A DNA stretch of 64,000 bases from Amoebidium appalachense (Eukaryota > Protista > Ichthyosporea), in the NCBI GenBank assembly GCA_963693365.1, contig CAVNZM010000001.1, forward strand, positions 15,052,418-15,116,417, read 5' to 3'. Under the pieces are notes generated by a model that made no database searches, had not been told where the DNA came from, and saw only the letters and a program-made list of their open reading frames with translations. Position 1 is the stretch's first letter; every line of letters starts with the position of its first letter. Below are positions 35,139 through 50,452 of this stretch, one piece after another. Position numbers and translations under genes: made by a program.

Positions 35139-36632
35139 TAAATTGAAGTTGCAACATGAGAGGAGAACGAGGAGCAGGAGGAAATGGTGGCAGTGATGGG
35201 TTTGAGTACATGTGTTTTGCGGGGAGGAGGGGGTGGGGGGGGGGAAAGGGGGGTGGCTTTTTATTTTTTATTTTTGTTATTATTTTATTTTTATTTTTAT
35301 TTTATTTTTATTTTTATTTTTATTTTTTTTGGGGGGGGGGTAGTTGAGGATCCCACCTTAGGGTTTTTCTGTAGTAGAGTAGCAAAAATCCCACCACAGC
35401 CCCATAGATCACAATCACTGCCGGGGTCAAATTTACAATGAAGTCGAGAAACTGTATCTGGCCGGAGAGCTTGGAGCCGATGATTATGTTGGGGGGGTCG
35501 CCTGTGAAAATTTGAAATTTTAGTGGGCACATTGATATGAATACACATTTATGGCTTAATTGAGGCCACACGTCCTACCCAGTCAAAGTACCCCAAAAAC
35601 ATTCCCCCCCCCCCCCCCCCCCCCCCCTCCCCCCCTCTCCCCAAACAACGACGACTACCAAAAACCCACCTCACCACATCTGATGCATAACCTTCGAATC
35701 CTTCCTCTCCCTCCCCCCTCCCCCCGCCATCCCCCCCATTCTCCCCCCCTGCCCCCCCTCTTGCTTCCCCTGAGGCTCTTGGTCTCCACCTTTACCACCG
35801 AACGTAAACCAGTGACCGAATCTCCTCTCCACACAAACCTCTGCCTTCCTGAGTGTTATGTTCCCGTTGTAAGCTCCCCCGGACAAGCACACACACTAAG
35901 TTTTCAAAGATTCCTATCTCCCCCCCCCCCCCCCCCCCCTTCCCGCCCTCACCCCCTTCTCCCCTAACTCTTGCGCAGCCACCCTTGACTTCTCCCGCTT
36001 ACCCCCATAATCCACCCCTCCCTCTTTCAATATACCCGCTCTAACAAAAACATTTGCATGATTACAAGCAAACTGCGTGCATAGGCTGTAAATCGCACTG
36101 TGGAATGTGCCCATGCATGATAACCTACCAATCATTGTGGCCGTGCCGCCAATATTCGACATGATGCACTCAGCAATCAGCAGAGGCCTAGGGTCAATCC
36201 GAAGAAGATCATTGGCCAATCTAATCGTAACCGGCGCTATCAATAGCATGGTGGTAACGTTATCCAGGAATGCAGAGAGGAATGCGGTGGCTCCCGTCAG
36301 GACAACCAATAGCACCGAATATCTGTTACTGGCCAATAGATAGGCTCGGATTGCCACCCACTCAAAAAGCCCGGTTTTTGATAGGACGTTGACAATTATC
36401 ATCATCCCGAAAAGGAGAACGATCACTCCCTCGTCCAACCATTCGAATGCGACGGAGAGCGATGGGGCCTTTCCCATTACACAAAGAAAGAGAAGGGTAA
36501 AAAACATTCCTAAAAAGGCAATAAGGGTGCGGTGCATGACTTCCGAAACGATGCCGGCATACATGAGGAGGAGGAGGAGGCCGGATATCAACACCTGGTA
36601 CCTGTGTTGTGTGTGTGTGCACGTGTGTGTGT

Positions 36633-36693
<61 letters not shown>

Positions 36694-37831
36694 CGCGCGC
36701 GCACGCACTTGTGTGCACGTGCGCTTGGGGCCGGAGGGAAAAGGTGAGGGGGCGGTTAGTATGCAGGAAGACAGCTAGATAGGGTTGACCAAGGAAAAAG
36801 GGGGTTGGGAGGGGGGAGGGGGGGGAACGAGGGGGCAAGGTCTGGGGCAACTGAGCATGAGCGATTCAGGGTAAGGAGAACTATAAGTTTTGATTCGAGC
36901 TTGATGGTGGTGGTTGTGGTGGTGTTGTGTGTGCGCGTGTGTGCGTGTGCGTGTGCACGTGTGTTCTGTCTGTATTGGAACGGGGGGGGGTGGGGAGGGG
37001 GAGGGGGAGGTGGACGCCGGCCTGCGAAGGTGGGGGCGGGGGGCGGGGGGGGGGGGGGGGGAAGAGGGGGGGGGGGGGGGGGGGGGGAACGGGAGACTGG
37101 TGATTGATTGTTTAGATGGATGCACCGAGAGTAAAAAAGAGATAAAGGCAGGGACCTAGGAGAGAAACAAAGGGGATGGGGCGGTAGGAGTTGGAGAGGA
37201 GAGATGGAGAGCAGCAGAGGTGAAAAAAAGAAAGCCCGTTAAAAAAGAGGGATATTAGAGGTGATGGCGCAGAGGACAAGGGGGGGGGGGGGGGGGGGGG
37301 GCAGGAAAGGGGGAGGGAGGAGGAGGGGGGGGGGGGGGGGAGGGGGGGAAGGAAGGGGCCAGAATGAGTTACAGAGTACAGAGTACACATTGATACCGGG
37401 CAACACAATGCAGATATTGAAAAGCACTTTATATTAAGCCGAGCCCGTGTTGGTGGGGGCAGAGGGAGGTGGGGAGACAGGGGAGGGGGCGGACAAAAGG
37501 AGCGGTTGAAAGGAGGGGGGAGAAGGGGGGCAGAAGCCGGAAGGGAGGGGAGGGGGGGGGGGGGGCGGGGGGGGGGCACGGACTTTCCGATTGTGCCCAA
37601 CTGGACCATGTGGACTGTTGCCACGTGGGTGTGGTTGCTGTTGGTGGTCACGTGCAGTCCATGGAAGGTTCCCTTGCATTCCGCACAGGTAAAGTCGAAA
37701 GAGGAGGATATGGTGAGCTGCAGGGGAAAATGTTAAGCGGTGAGGTGGGCAGAGAGGTAACGTTTTTTGAATCTGGTGGAGTGGAAGTGATGGGGCAGAT
37801 GGGGAAAGCGAGGCAGGTGGAAGGTGATGGT

Positions 37832-37864
<33 letters not shown>

Positions 37865-38005
37865 GGGGAGGGGTGTTAGAATATGGGCAAAGGTGGAGAG
37901 GGGAGGGCGAGGGAGGGGAGGAGGGAGGGGGGTAAAAAGAGTAGGGGGTCAGGTGAGGCTGAGCCGGAGGGTGAATGGGAGAATGCGGGGTTGTGTTTGG
38001 GGGGA

Positions 38006-38038
<33 letters not shown>

Positions 38039-38170
38039 ACACACTGAGAAACGTGTGTCAAATCTGATTGCTGACTAAGGATACACGGAGCATATGAAGA
38101 GTATGATATCGAAAATACCACTCTAGCCATTATGGCATCTGCTAGTCCTTGTCCCCACATCTCCCCTGTA

Positions 38171-38232
<62 letters not shown>

Positions 38233-38253
38233 GTGCGTGTGTGCGTGTGTGCG

Positions 38254-38336
<83 letters not shown>

Positions 38337-39764
38337 ATGTGTGTGTGTTTGTGTGTTTGAGTGTGTGTGCGTGCGTGTGCGCGCACGGCAGAGCAGTAGA
38401 TAGAAACCTACCATCTCTTGGGTGTATTGGGTGGCCTTGAATTGCAGCCCATTGATTGGCTCCCAATCAGCATTCTCGTCCGACCGTTTCACACCATTTA
38501 CAGTCACCTCCAATTGGGCCACATGGTCACTCAGCCCACCGGTATGTCCATCGATATCAATATGAAACTCCACGTGCTCCAGCGGATGACTTTCATCCAA
38601 TGAAAACACCGATCCAGTTTGCCCCTTTTCGATTGGTCGGTAGGCTTCCAATGGGCTACCATGATGGCCGGCGGTGGGACCCAATAGGAAGAGAGTAAGC
38701 ATAATACCGATGCATACCACAAGTATGAGGGACATGGACACCCAAAGGCCCAAGGGAAGACCCAGCCATGCTTCCTTCTGCGTCCAGCGGGGCTGCGAAT
38801 TGATTGGACGGCGGTCAGTACGCATGCCACCGGAGCACACTGAGCTTTGCACAAAGTATTGCTTGTCTTTTGCTAATGGGTCAATTTCGGATGTTTTTTT
38901 TTCCCCCTTTCATATTTCCATAACCGAATCACAAGTTACAACCACATTCTTATGATGCTTGGTGTCTGTGTGCATAATAATGCGTATGTATACGCATGAG
39001 CGCATGCACTGCACGCCGTGTATGTGTGGGGGTGTATGCGTGTATCTTAAAGGTATGATTGCAGCAGCACGTAGCACGTAAGAGTTTGACGTGCTGTCAC
39101 ATGGATGCCTGTATGTTGTGACTGTGCACATCTAAACATAAATGCATGCATTGCACGCCCATATGCATGTGCGTGACACTCACTTTCATACATTGGTGTT
39201 TTCAGTCTTATTATCAAGTGGGTCAGTGTTGTGGTAACCCCAGGACACTTGTAAACGAGGAATATTCAGTTTGCCAACACACATTTACAATTGTGATGCA
39301 TAATGCTCGTGCATATGTGTCTCGGTATTACAAGCACTCTGTGACCATACCAGGCTGTGATTTCTAAGATTCGGAAACAGTGCCTCCATGAGTCAACTAC
39401 CAGTGTTTTTATGATTGGTATCATCAGAATTGTGGCACTTAAAACATGCATGCATACATACACAGCTGCAAGTACACCATGCATGTGCACGTGTGACCAC
39501 AGCAACATTCTGGTCCAACAGGAGGGAACAACACATCACCTTTTTTGGAGACACCACCGAATCCACACTCTCCACCGAGCACCTCGGCTCGTCCTTTGTG
39601 TGGCCCATGCCGGCAGCTATGACCTCCTCCTTCTTACCACTGTTTGCAATCTCCAGTGCGAGATCTGCGTCGAGTGACGTGGCCATGCTTGTGAGGTGCA
39701 CGTTGCTGCTGGATAGCTCGGTGTTGGGGGTGTGGCCTGGTGGGCCTGTCGTCGTGGTGGTCAT
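31800..39764 (-). CDS. OCA2: OCA2/P-protein-like transporter (ArsB/NhaD permease superfamily), 9 exons
   Basis: Exons 39764-39540, ~38906-38412, 37717-37584, 36601-36129, 35501-35357, 34532-34261, 33530-33367, 32837-32730 and 31967-31800 splice in frame. Motifs: SAFLDNVTTMLLIAPVT, SNIGGTATMIGDPPNIII, VEWDTLCFFAALFIMIEGL, SAFLDNIPYTATM, WALALGACLGGNGT, GASANLV. Confidence 0.92.
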
Positions 39765-40232
39765 TGTCGATGAGTAGAAGGGTGTGTTGTATCGATTTAT
39801 CTATGAGTGATTTGAGAGGTGGTGTGCGGTTTGTTTGTAGTAAAAAAGCACAAGTTTCAAGTATTTCGCGCCACCGCAAAACGCAAGGACCTCTTCTACA
39901 CGTCATACACGGGACTTATCTGGACTTGATTGTTTTAAAAAGAAGAGAAACTGCGTTTTTATCAGCTTCGGTGCGACGTTGTGTACTGAGGGTATGTTGT
40001 TGGGTGTTTGTTGGCTCACTCAAGCGAGTATAATGAGTGCGAGTTTGGAGTCAAAAGGTCGCAGGCACACGCTACTTATGCATTTGGTCCCAAAAAGTTA
40101 TAAATGTTCATGACCGAAATACATGTTGCACGTGCGTTAACACGCTGCGCACTGGTCACGCACCCGTTTTACATACGTTGCACCAGTCGGGATCTCGCTT
40201 TTCGCGCCTCAGTGGCTGGGAAGCTTCGAGTC

Positions 40233-41602
<1,370 letters not shown>

Positions 41603-42228
41603 TTCGAGTCTACTTCCTCTTCTCTGATTGAATCATTTTGCATCTGTTTAAATTATTTCACCAATCTATTGACTGGATCTATTCTGTTTAAAGTATTTGT
41701 GGCTGTGATTGGTTGGATGCGTACCAGCGTGCTTGAATCAAATTTGTGTTGGAACTTGGCCGCCGGAGCGGGTGACTTCTGTGACAACTTCGATACCTAT
41801 AAGAAAGCAAAAAGAATGATGCAGTGGTAATTTACTGAACACAAACAGATATGTACGAGCATATATCCTACGCTTTTGGTTGTGTTATCAATGAATGTTA
41901 CTGCTATGTTTACTTTGACAATACTGGTCGCCGTGGTTGGTGACAGAACAGGGACACGTATTAGATTACTTTAGGTACATTCAACTTGATATCAGCCTCC
42001 CCCCCCCCCCCCCCCCCCCCCCCTCCCCGCGTGCGCCATATCTAACCCCATTCCTTGTCCTTGCCCCTAAAAGAAAACTCAACTCATTTTGAGACCCCGT
42101 CAGTGAGATGGAGGTGGAAGTGTTTCATATATGTTCACCGACCTCACATTTTGTTCACACCTGACCCGCTTGTTTTGCGTCTCTGTGAGCGTGTGTGCGT
42201 GTGTATGTGCGTCTGGACGCGCGCGCGC

Positions 42229-42321
<93 letters not shown>

Positions 42322-42353
42322 ATGTGTGTGTGCGTGTGTACGTGTACGTGTGT

Positions 42354-42419
<66 letters not shown>

Positions 42420-43566
42420 ATAGATGGGGTATTTGGGTGCCTTGGGTGACTCGAGTCGGGTGGGGTTGTGGCAGGGGTGGGGTGGGTGGGTGGGTGGTGG
42501 GGGGGAAGATAACTAACTGAATAAAGGAAGGGGACCCTAAAGGGAGGGGACCCTGAGGCCCGAGGTTAGAGGGAGAGGGATGTTTCAATAAGAGGGAGAG
42601 AGAGGCCCACAGCGGGGAGCTGAGAGGAAGTTGAGATCTCAGGGAGAGGCAGTACGAGCGAGAGTGCCTTCGAGGGAAGAGGAGACAGGCTCAGGGAGAG
42701 AATGGGAGGGAGAGTGGGACAGAGGTCCAGGAGGGGGAGGGAGGGGGAAAAGCCACCGTTAAAGGGCCGGGAACCGGAGAAGCTTAGAAACCCTTCCTCT
42801 CCCCTTCATTCCGTTTGCCGGAGAGGGGGGGGGGGGGGGGGGGGGGGATCCGGTTGAAGATGGGACCGAGGATGATTGGGGGTTCAAAATGCAACATATC
42901 AGATGAGCCCCTTGAGGGGCCATGTGAGCATAAAATTCATGCAGAATAATGTTGCCGCAAATGCTACAAACTAGAACTGGCGAGGTACAATTAAAATTTA
43001 AGATCTGTGTTCTGGTTTCTTCCAGTGTGTACTTATGATATGCATCAGAACGCCATGGCCAACGGCAGTATAGTAGTACTAGTAGTTACAAAGTATTAAG
43101 CATGTTCATGTTTTTTTTTTTTTTTTTTTTTTTTTTGTTGTTGTTGGGGGGGGGGGGGGGGGGATGGGGGGGGGGAGGGGGGGGGTTCGATGGCCCGGGG
43201 GGATAAAAGCAGGAGTCTCCGTCTCTTTTATTCCCTAATCACACCAGTGAGCTTTGTGTAATAAAGCTGTACCGTGACTTCCTGTCCTAGTCCATCACAA
43301 TGACCGTTCACGAAGTTCCACCATGTTTTGTTTTCCGGAAACTTCAAAAAAAAAAAAAAATCGTCGCACACACATGAGAGGCACTTATTGGCGCCCACCC
43401 AGAAAACCAAAATACACCGTACCTATCCTAGCACACAGCGTCTTTGCCCACCAAACCTTGTCACCCACAAAAAACTGTGACAATTCTTTCACCAATGCAA
43501 ACATGACCGTTTGAAGGAAATAAATGCACACAGTACTTGTAGAACCCCCATGCACACAGTGCATCA

Positions 43567-44145
43567 TCACTGTTTCTCACGGCCAATACCCACAACCTTC
43601 TCCTCCCCCTCTGGAAGGAACTCGACGTCTTGGCGGGTGACGGTGGGCTCGTGGCTGCTGCTGCGACCAATGCCTACTTTCTGCTTGACCGTCTCCATCA
43701 TGTCCCCGAACTTCTCCTTGGCACGGTCAAGCGGCCCGGACTGCTCCTCACGCATAGTGGACTCCTGTGTGTACGTGTGTGTGTGTGTACGTGTGGGTGG
43801 GTGTGGGTGTGTGTGTGTGTGTGGTGGTGGTGGTGGTGGGGGGGGGGGGGGGGGGGGGGAGAGGGGAGGGGTTTGGTGAAAGTAAGAAGAATGAAATGGG
43901 GTAGAGAAGGGCTACCAGTAGTAACTCGTGGGTAGGGGGGGGGGGGGGGAGGGGGGGAGGGACCTCGGGAAAGGGGGGGGGGGGGGGGGGGGGGGGATTG
44001 CCATAGTGGATTCAGAAATGAACTTACCACACAAGAATGTTGGGTACCACGTTTGGGGTCTGTGGGGGTGGTGAGGCACGGGAAAATGGACGGATATTGC
44101 AGTTGCACTTAGACCTTACCACAAGAGCTTCACGTTTTTAATTAA

Positions 44146-44178
<33 letters not shown>

Positions 44179-44663
44179 GAAGAAAGGGGGAGGGGGGGGA
44201 AGGGGGAGGAAGGGGGGGAGGGGGGGAGGGGGGGGGGGGGGGGAGGGTCACTGAGGGCACCACCAATGGGAGAATCGAAAGACACCAAGCAGACAGGCCC
44301 AGTCACGGCCCAGGCGAGGGCCGGGAGCTGGAGGGGTTGAGGGGGGGAGGGGGTTGAGGGGGGGGAGGGGGGTATGGCAAAGGGACATGGAGCAGTAAAA
44401 TAAGCGCTTGCTAAGGGGAATAAGGACAGGGGCGGAGGAAATTCAATTCGTACCGAGCGGTCCTCCTGTGCGTAGTGGGGGGCACCCCTCTGCAGGTGGG
44501 GGTACGACTGCACGGTAGGGTCCTGCGTGTTGATTGGCTGCCCACCCTGGGGGCCCATGGCCTCCGAATAGTCTGTGCCGGTGGCCTGCCCACGGTCAAC
44601 CATCCCGCCACTGCCCGCAACACGAGAGAAACCACTGGGCGCCGTGGGGTCACGTTGAGACAT
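43567..44663 (-). CDS. Small (~135 aa) hydrophilin/LEA-like protein with two coding exons
   Basis: Exon 44663-44454 (MSQRDPTAPSG...QEDRS, donor gtacga) splices in phase 0 to 43764-43567 (ESTMREEQSGPLDRAKEKFGDMMETVKQKVG...*). The start context is ccaccaccATG. A probable 5'-UTR intron ends at ~44672. Confidence 0.7.
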
Positions 44664-46787
44664 GGTGGTGGCTGTGGAGGGGAGGAAACGGAGCGAAAAG
44701 AGAGGGGTGGGAAGAGCAGGGAGGGAGGAAGGGTGGGAGGGGAGGGAGGGATGGTGGGAGGGTGGGAGGGTGGGAGGGAGGATAGGATGGTGGGTGGGTG
44801 GGTAACTGGTTGTGTGGGCGAGTGGGGGATGGAGTGATGGAGGGAGGGAGGGAGGGGATGAGGGAGGGAGGGAGGGAAGGATGGGATCATGTGAGTGGTT
44901 CTTTAATGAATTGACTCTTGTTACAATATTTTGCTGCAAACTAACGAAGCACATGCCTTCTAATCAGAATCCATGCCCGAGCGAATAATAAAAGAAAAAG
45001 AAGGCACGACGAGTAATCCCCGTGGATACAAAACGAAAATAATTAAATGTTCGTGCACGTGCCACAAAGGCTTATTATAGCAGAGTCGTGTAACAACAGC
45101 GATAACTACACATGTAAACAACACAAACAACGCTTATACAAAGATCTCAGGAATCACACAACATCTACGCACAGCCATAAATTATGAAAGAAACTCTCAG
45201 TTTACAAAAGAAGAGGACAACAAGCACCCGTTCTCAGTTCCAAAGTACCTTAGAAGAAACGGTCTGATGGAATCAGAAGAGAGTGTTTGGAAGCAGGTAG
45301 AATGAAAAAAATTGCATATTCATTTCGATTTATACCACACATCAGCGGACAGCTTGAACAAGAGCAAAAAAAGACCCAACAAGTGCTGCAAAATGTTGAG
45401 AACTATCGTGTAAAAGGCCATGATTGAGCTACCTTTGGTATGCGCTTGTCCTATCATGATGCAACAATGGGGGTTTACGCTGTTTACTCGAGGCAAAGAG
45501 AACCAGTCTCAGGTATGGGGGGGGGGTTTTGCTCGGAATATCCCCTCAGCGGTATATCATGATTACGTACATAGATGTCGGGTGGTGACTATATATGCAA
45601 CAATAATTGGTTAGCCTGAGCCAATCCTACATGGCTCACTGGAATGTAAACAAACTTAAGCGTTCGTGATTTTTGATTAATCAAACGTGAAAAATGGTAA
45701 CCAAATAAAGCTGGAGCTCATCTTTGGCTCATCTACGGCCAATCATATCGAAGCTAGCCCGCGCTTTCCGCTTTCCCATCAGCACTTTCACATCAGCAGT
45801 CACGCTGACAGGTAGCACACACAAAAGGCCCAGCCTGGGCTTTAACGCTCGCAGCCTATATGATAACGTGCATATTTACACGTGATTTACACGCAAGAAA
45901 GGCTTAGAAAGCACCTAGAAACTTCCCGAAGACCAAAAATGTACAAAAACAAGCCAAAATGTTCCCTACGGTTGGGACGAAAATAGCAGGTGATGACACC
46001 CTCACAGCCCGCATTTCCCATGCACGCTGGGAAGTATAAAAGGCACGTCACATCAGTTGGTGGGCAGACTATTTTTGTGACGCTTTTACACTTTGGTGTG
46101 GACATCTGTGTTGTTATTTCCCCCTTCTCGTTGCGAGCTGCAAACAAACATTCCCCGTGAGATTTCAGGTTAATACACCGAGGAGTTAGGCAAGATGAGT
46201 CCACTTCAATAGTCTGCTCTATTTCTTTTTCGTTTTTTGGATTTCTCTTTGCACTTTGTTTCGAAAAAGGTCTTGGCGAGGGAATTCTCATTTAAGCACA
46301 AGGGAAAACTTATGCGCAGTTTGCGTACGCGTGGTGACTCTCTTAATTTTTGCCATTTGTTGTGTGTATGTCTTTACCAGTGTGCTTTTTTTCACCGGCT
46401 CACGGGTTCTTCCTACTGTATGAGCTAAGGGTAGTGACTTGCTTGGCACCCCATTTGAACTGGAGGCAGGTGTTAAATTGAAATACAACAAGGACATCAT
46501 GAACTTTTTCACTGTTTTTCAAGAACATATTGGTATTCTCTTTGGGGTTCTGCATTGAATCATTGGGCATAGAACCGTAGAGAAAGGTTTGTAGGAGTCT
46601 TTAATATGCTGATGGCTGTAGACGGAAAACGGGTAGTGGTGCTCGGAGGAAGGGGGGGCGGGGTGGCGGTGATTGCGATATGTATATTCATTTTTACAAA
46701 GATGGTTTTTTTTTTTTTTTTGTCGAGGTCGGAGGCATGGGCCCCCGGGGGGGGGGGGGGGGGGGGGGGGGTTCGGTTTTCTTGTGT

Positions 46788-46833
<46 letters not shown>

Positions 46834-46898
46834 GGGATGGGGGCCGGGAGAGGGGTCTGTAGTGCTATATCACGGGTTAAAAAGATATGATATAGTTC

Positions 46899-46949
<51 letters not shown>

Positions 46950-47103
46950 AAACGTTTCAGGCGTGTTCATTGTCTTTCAATCCCTTCCCCCGTCTTTCTG
47001 TCGTTTTTAAGAAGTTGATATCTGAATATCTCCTTAATTAAACGACATTCAATATGATATATATGGCAGATACTAAATGTGGTTACTTCCCCACAGCCCA
47101 ACC

Positions 47104-50100
47104 ATGAACATGCTGCAAGTGTCGGCTGTCCTCCGTGCCGTCAGGGCTCGGCCTCTGTTTGCCCGCCAGCCCCTGCTCGTATCAAGCCGCTTTATCACCC
47201 ACGAGCCTGGCTTCACCCAGGTAGAGATCCCCCCCCCCCCCCCCCCCCCCCCTCCCCTTTCCCTCCCCCCTCCCCCCTCCCCCCCTGTTCGTCCCTCTTC
47301 CTCCGCCACCCCTCTTTCCTCCCTCCCGCCCTCCTCCCCTCCCCACCCCCACCCCCCCGTTTTTTCCGTATCTGTCCTCCCCCCCCCCCTCCCCCCGCCC
47401 CTCCCAGCCCCCTTCCGTCCCCCCCCCCCCCCCCCCCCCCCCTGTTCCCTCCTCTTCCCCCGCTACCTGCCACCCTTTCCCTCCTCCCTCCCCCCCTCCT
47501 CCCCCCCCATCCCCTTTTCCGCATCTGTTCCCCCTCCCCCCCTCCCCTCCTCCCCGCCACCCCCTCCTTGGGGCCCTTTTTGAGCCTCATACCAAACCCC
47601 AACGGGTGACGGACAAATATGTACACACACGGAACCAAAGGTTTTAGAACAGGGGAAAGATGCGACATCTTCGCTCTATTGATGATGTAAGCACGACAGC
47701 GAAGTCGAAAACGATTTTTTTTGAAATACAAATACTTCTTATCTTTCGGGCCTTTGATTCCCCTCCATTCGAACCTAGCTGCACAATAATGCACTACATT
47801 TTAGAACATTCAAACACACAGGAATTTGCCCTCTTCCCGCCCTCCCACCAGCGCCTCTCTCTCCCTCCCCTCCCCCCCCCCCCCACACACACACAAAATC
47901 TAAAAAATTAGGAAAAGAACAAGTTGACAAAAGCACTGTGCACATGGCCATAGCCATGATATTTTAACGCTAAATATAGAAACCTAAATATAAATGTGCG
48001 TATGGCCATAGCGATGATATTTTAATGCTAAACTTAAAGATTAATATTTTTATTTTTCTCAGACGCGCCAGGACCCCAAGGACGTGCAGAGCAAGGACAA
48101 GAAAGATGTGGAGCAGCAGGAGCGCAAGGAGGCCACCGACCGCCAGCGCATGCAGCGCATGCAGGATGACGTCACACACCCGGCATCCATGCGGGGCCGC
48201 AGTGAGCCCCCTATGCAAGAGGTACATACCCTCCCCCCCCCCCCCCCCCCAAAAAAAAAAAAGAAAAAAAATAATAATAATAATAAAATAAAATAAAAAG
48301 AAAACATAAATAAAATAAAGGGAAAAAAGCATAGCCCGTGTCTCTACCTGTGCACATTTCCCCCTTTCACCCAACTTGCTACCAATATCAATTTCCTTCC
48401 CCCTTCTCCCCTCCTCCCCCCCCCCCCCCCCCCCAAACCCAAAAAAAATAAAAAATAATAATAAAAGCAAATCTTCCCCCCCCCCCCCCCCCTCCCCCCC
48501 CCTCCCCCCCCCCCCCCCCCCCCCCCTTCCCCCACCCCACCCCTACACCCATCACCCACCCAAGGCTTCCCGTTATAAATACTTGCTCTTTTAGCTGATT
48601 ATTGGTCCAGTGCTTGTCATTAGCATACTGACTCCCATCTCCCCCCCCCCCCCCCCCCCCCCCCCCCCGTTCTTTCCTGTCTCCTTACCCCCTTCTACTC
48701 CCATTTCCCAGGCTGCGCCACACAGCCCCCCCCCCCCCCCCCCCCCCCCCCTTCTCCCCACAAACACACACACACACACGCGCGCATGGCCCACGCACAT
48801 ACACCACAAATCCACACATCCGTAGGCACCTACACACCAAGACAACACCAGCCCCTTTCCCCCTTTTTCACTCCCTCCCCCGCCCCCCTTTTTTTTTCAT
48901 CCCCAGGGTCTTGCCGAGAAAGCAGCTCAGACCCTGGGTGACCTTCCGGGTCGTGTTGCAGACGCTGCCGGAACCGCCGGCGCCCACGCAAGCGATCGAT
49001 TTTCGGAGATTGTCGAGGAAGCACGTGACCACCTTCCAAATATGGACGTGAGCAAGCTGAGAGATACTATGAGAGATCAGGTGGTGGGTGCGGGCAAGAA
49101 GGGGCAAGAGGCGATGCGAGGGGTGGCGGAAAATCTCCCGTTTGAGACGAGGGACGTTAGCAACGACGAAGGGAGAGATCAGTCTACGTTGGGAGCTATC
49201 GACAAGGGGAGACTCAGGTCTATGGGGGATGACATGAGCGACAGGGCGGAGAGAAAGGAACGGTCGACGGAAGAGAGTCTCAGACGCATGGCTCAGGAAA
49301 TGACCGAGAAAGGGGCGGACGTTACTGGACGTGCGAGGGAGATGGCGTCGCGTACGGCTGAAAAGGGAAAAGACGTAGCGGAAAACGTGCGCGATTCCAC
49401 TGAGGGGTACGTTAACAAGACGAAGGAAATGGGGGCCGCAGCGATGGGGAAGACGATGGAAACGGGGCATCACATGGCGGACCGCGCAAAGGAGATGGGC
49501 CATATGGTGGCCGAGAAAGGAAAGGACACGGCTGCGAGCATGCGCGAAAAAGCCGAGGGAATGGCGGGGAAAACGGTGGAGACGGGCCAGCACATGACTG
49601 ACCGCGCAAAGGAGATGGGCCACACGGCGACGGAGAAGGTCCGGGACGTCGCCTACGACGCAAAGGAGAAAGTTATGCACACGGGAGAGGCGATGGTCGA
49701 CAAAGCAAAGGATATCGGCGGGTCGGTGGCCGAGGGAGCACACAAGGCAGTAGATATGGGAAAGGAGGGTGTGAACAAAGTCGAGGAGGGAGCCATGCAC
49801 GCCGCAGAGAAAATCAAGGACATGGGTAAGGTGACGGTCGAGACGGCGATGGAGATGGGGAAGAAACTTGCTGGGGTGGGTGTCGCTGGGGTGGACGTCT
49901 CGGGGGAGCCGATGCCTGAGGTCGACGCTGCCATCCACGCTGCACACGGCGATTTTCAGTCCGATCGCCGCGATCTGCGCAATCGCATTGAGGATTGCGA
50001 GCCCACACGCGAGGAACGGCTTCGAGATGACCTCTCACGCATGGCTTGGGAGCAGCCGATCGGTTTTGATGAAGAGATTGACCCTGCTATGCTTATGGAG

Positions 50101-50343
50101 GAGGCTCGTGCTGCTGCGCAGGGAAAATATGTGAGCGGTGAAAAATGGGTGGATAGAGAGGAAATTACGGCAAGGATGGAGGGAGAGGGACACATGAGCG
50201 CGATGGAAAAAACGAAGGAGGTTGGGATGAAGGCGAAGGAGAAAGTGGAAGAGGCGGGGCATATGATGACGGATAAAGCTGGGGATGTGGCGAAGAAGGC
50301 GAAGGGGAAGGTTAAGGGCATGGCGGGAAAGGGAAAGATGTGA
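47104..50343 (+). CDS. Group 3 LEA (late embryogenesis abundant)-like protein, ~570 aa, with a predicted mitochondrial presequence
   Basis: Exons 47104-47220, 48063-48221 and 48907-50343, all phase 0. The N-terminus MNMLQVSAVLRAVRARPLFARQPLLVSSRF is Arg-rich and acid-free. The body has A/E/K/M/G-rich 11-mer repeats (MADRAKEMGHM, VAEKGKDTAAS, ATEKVRDVAYD, MVDKAKDIGGS). Confidence 0.85.
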
Positions 50344-50376
50344 TTTTTTTTGGTGACTGGTGGGGGGCATGTTTGG

Positions 50377-50452
50377 TGTGGAATATGGTTGGTGTGGGAT
50401 ATTTTGGTGGGAGATATATTTGTGTGGAATATTTTGGTGGGAGATATTTTGT
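50377..50452 (+). repeat. ~15-bp degenerate minisatellite in the LEA 3' UTR
   Basis: Units resembling tgtggaatattttgg / tgggagatattttgt repeat about five times just after the stop codon. Confidence 0.6.

Noticed and set aside
48868-49947. 359-aa minus-strand ORF
   Set aside because: Antisense shadow of the repetitive LEA exon, with no recognisable motifs.
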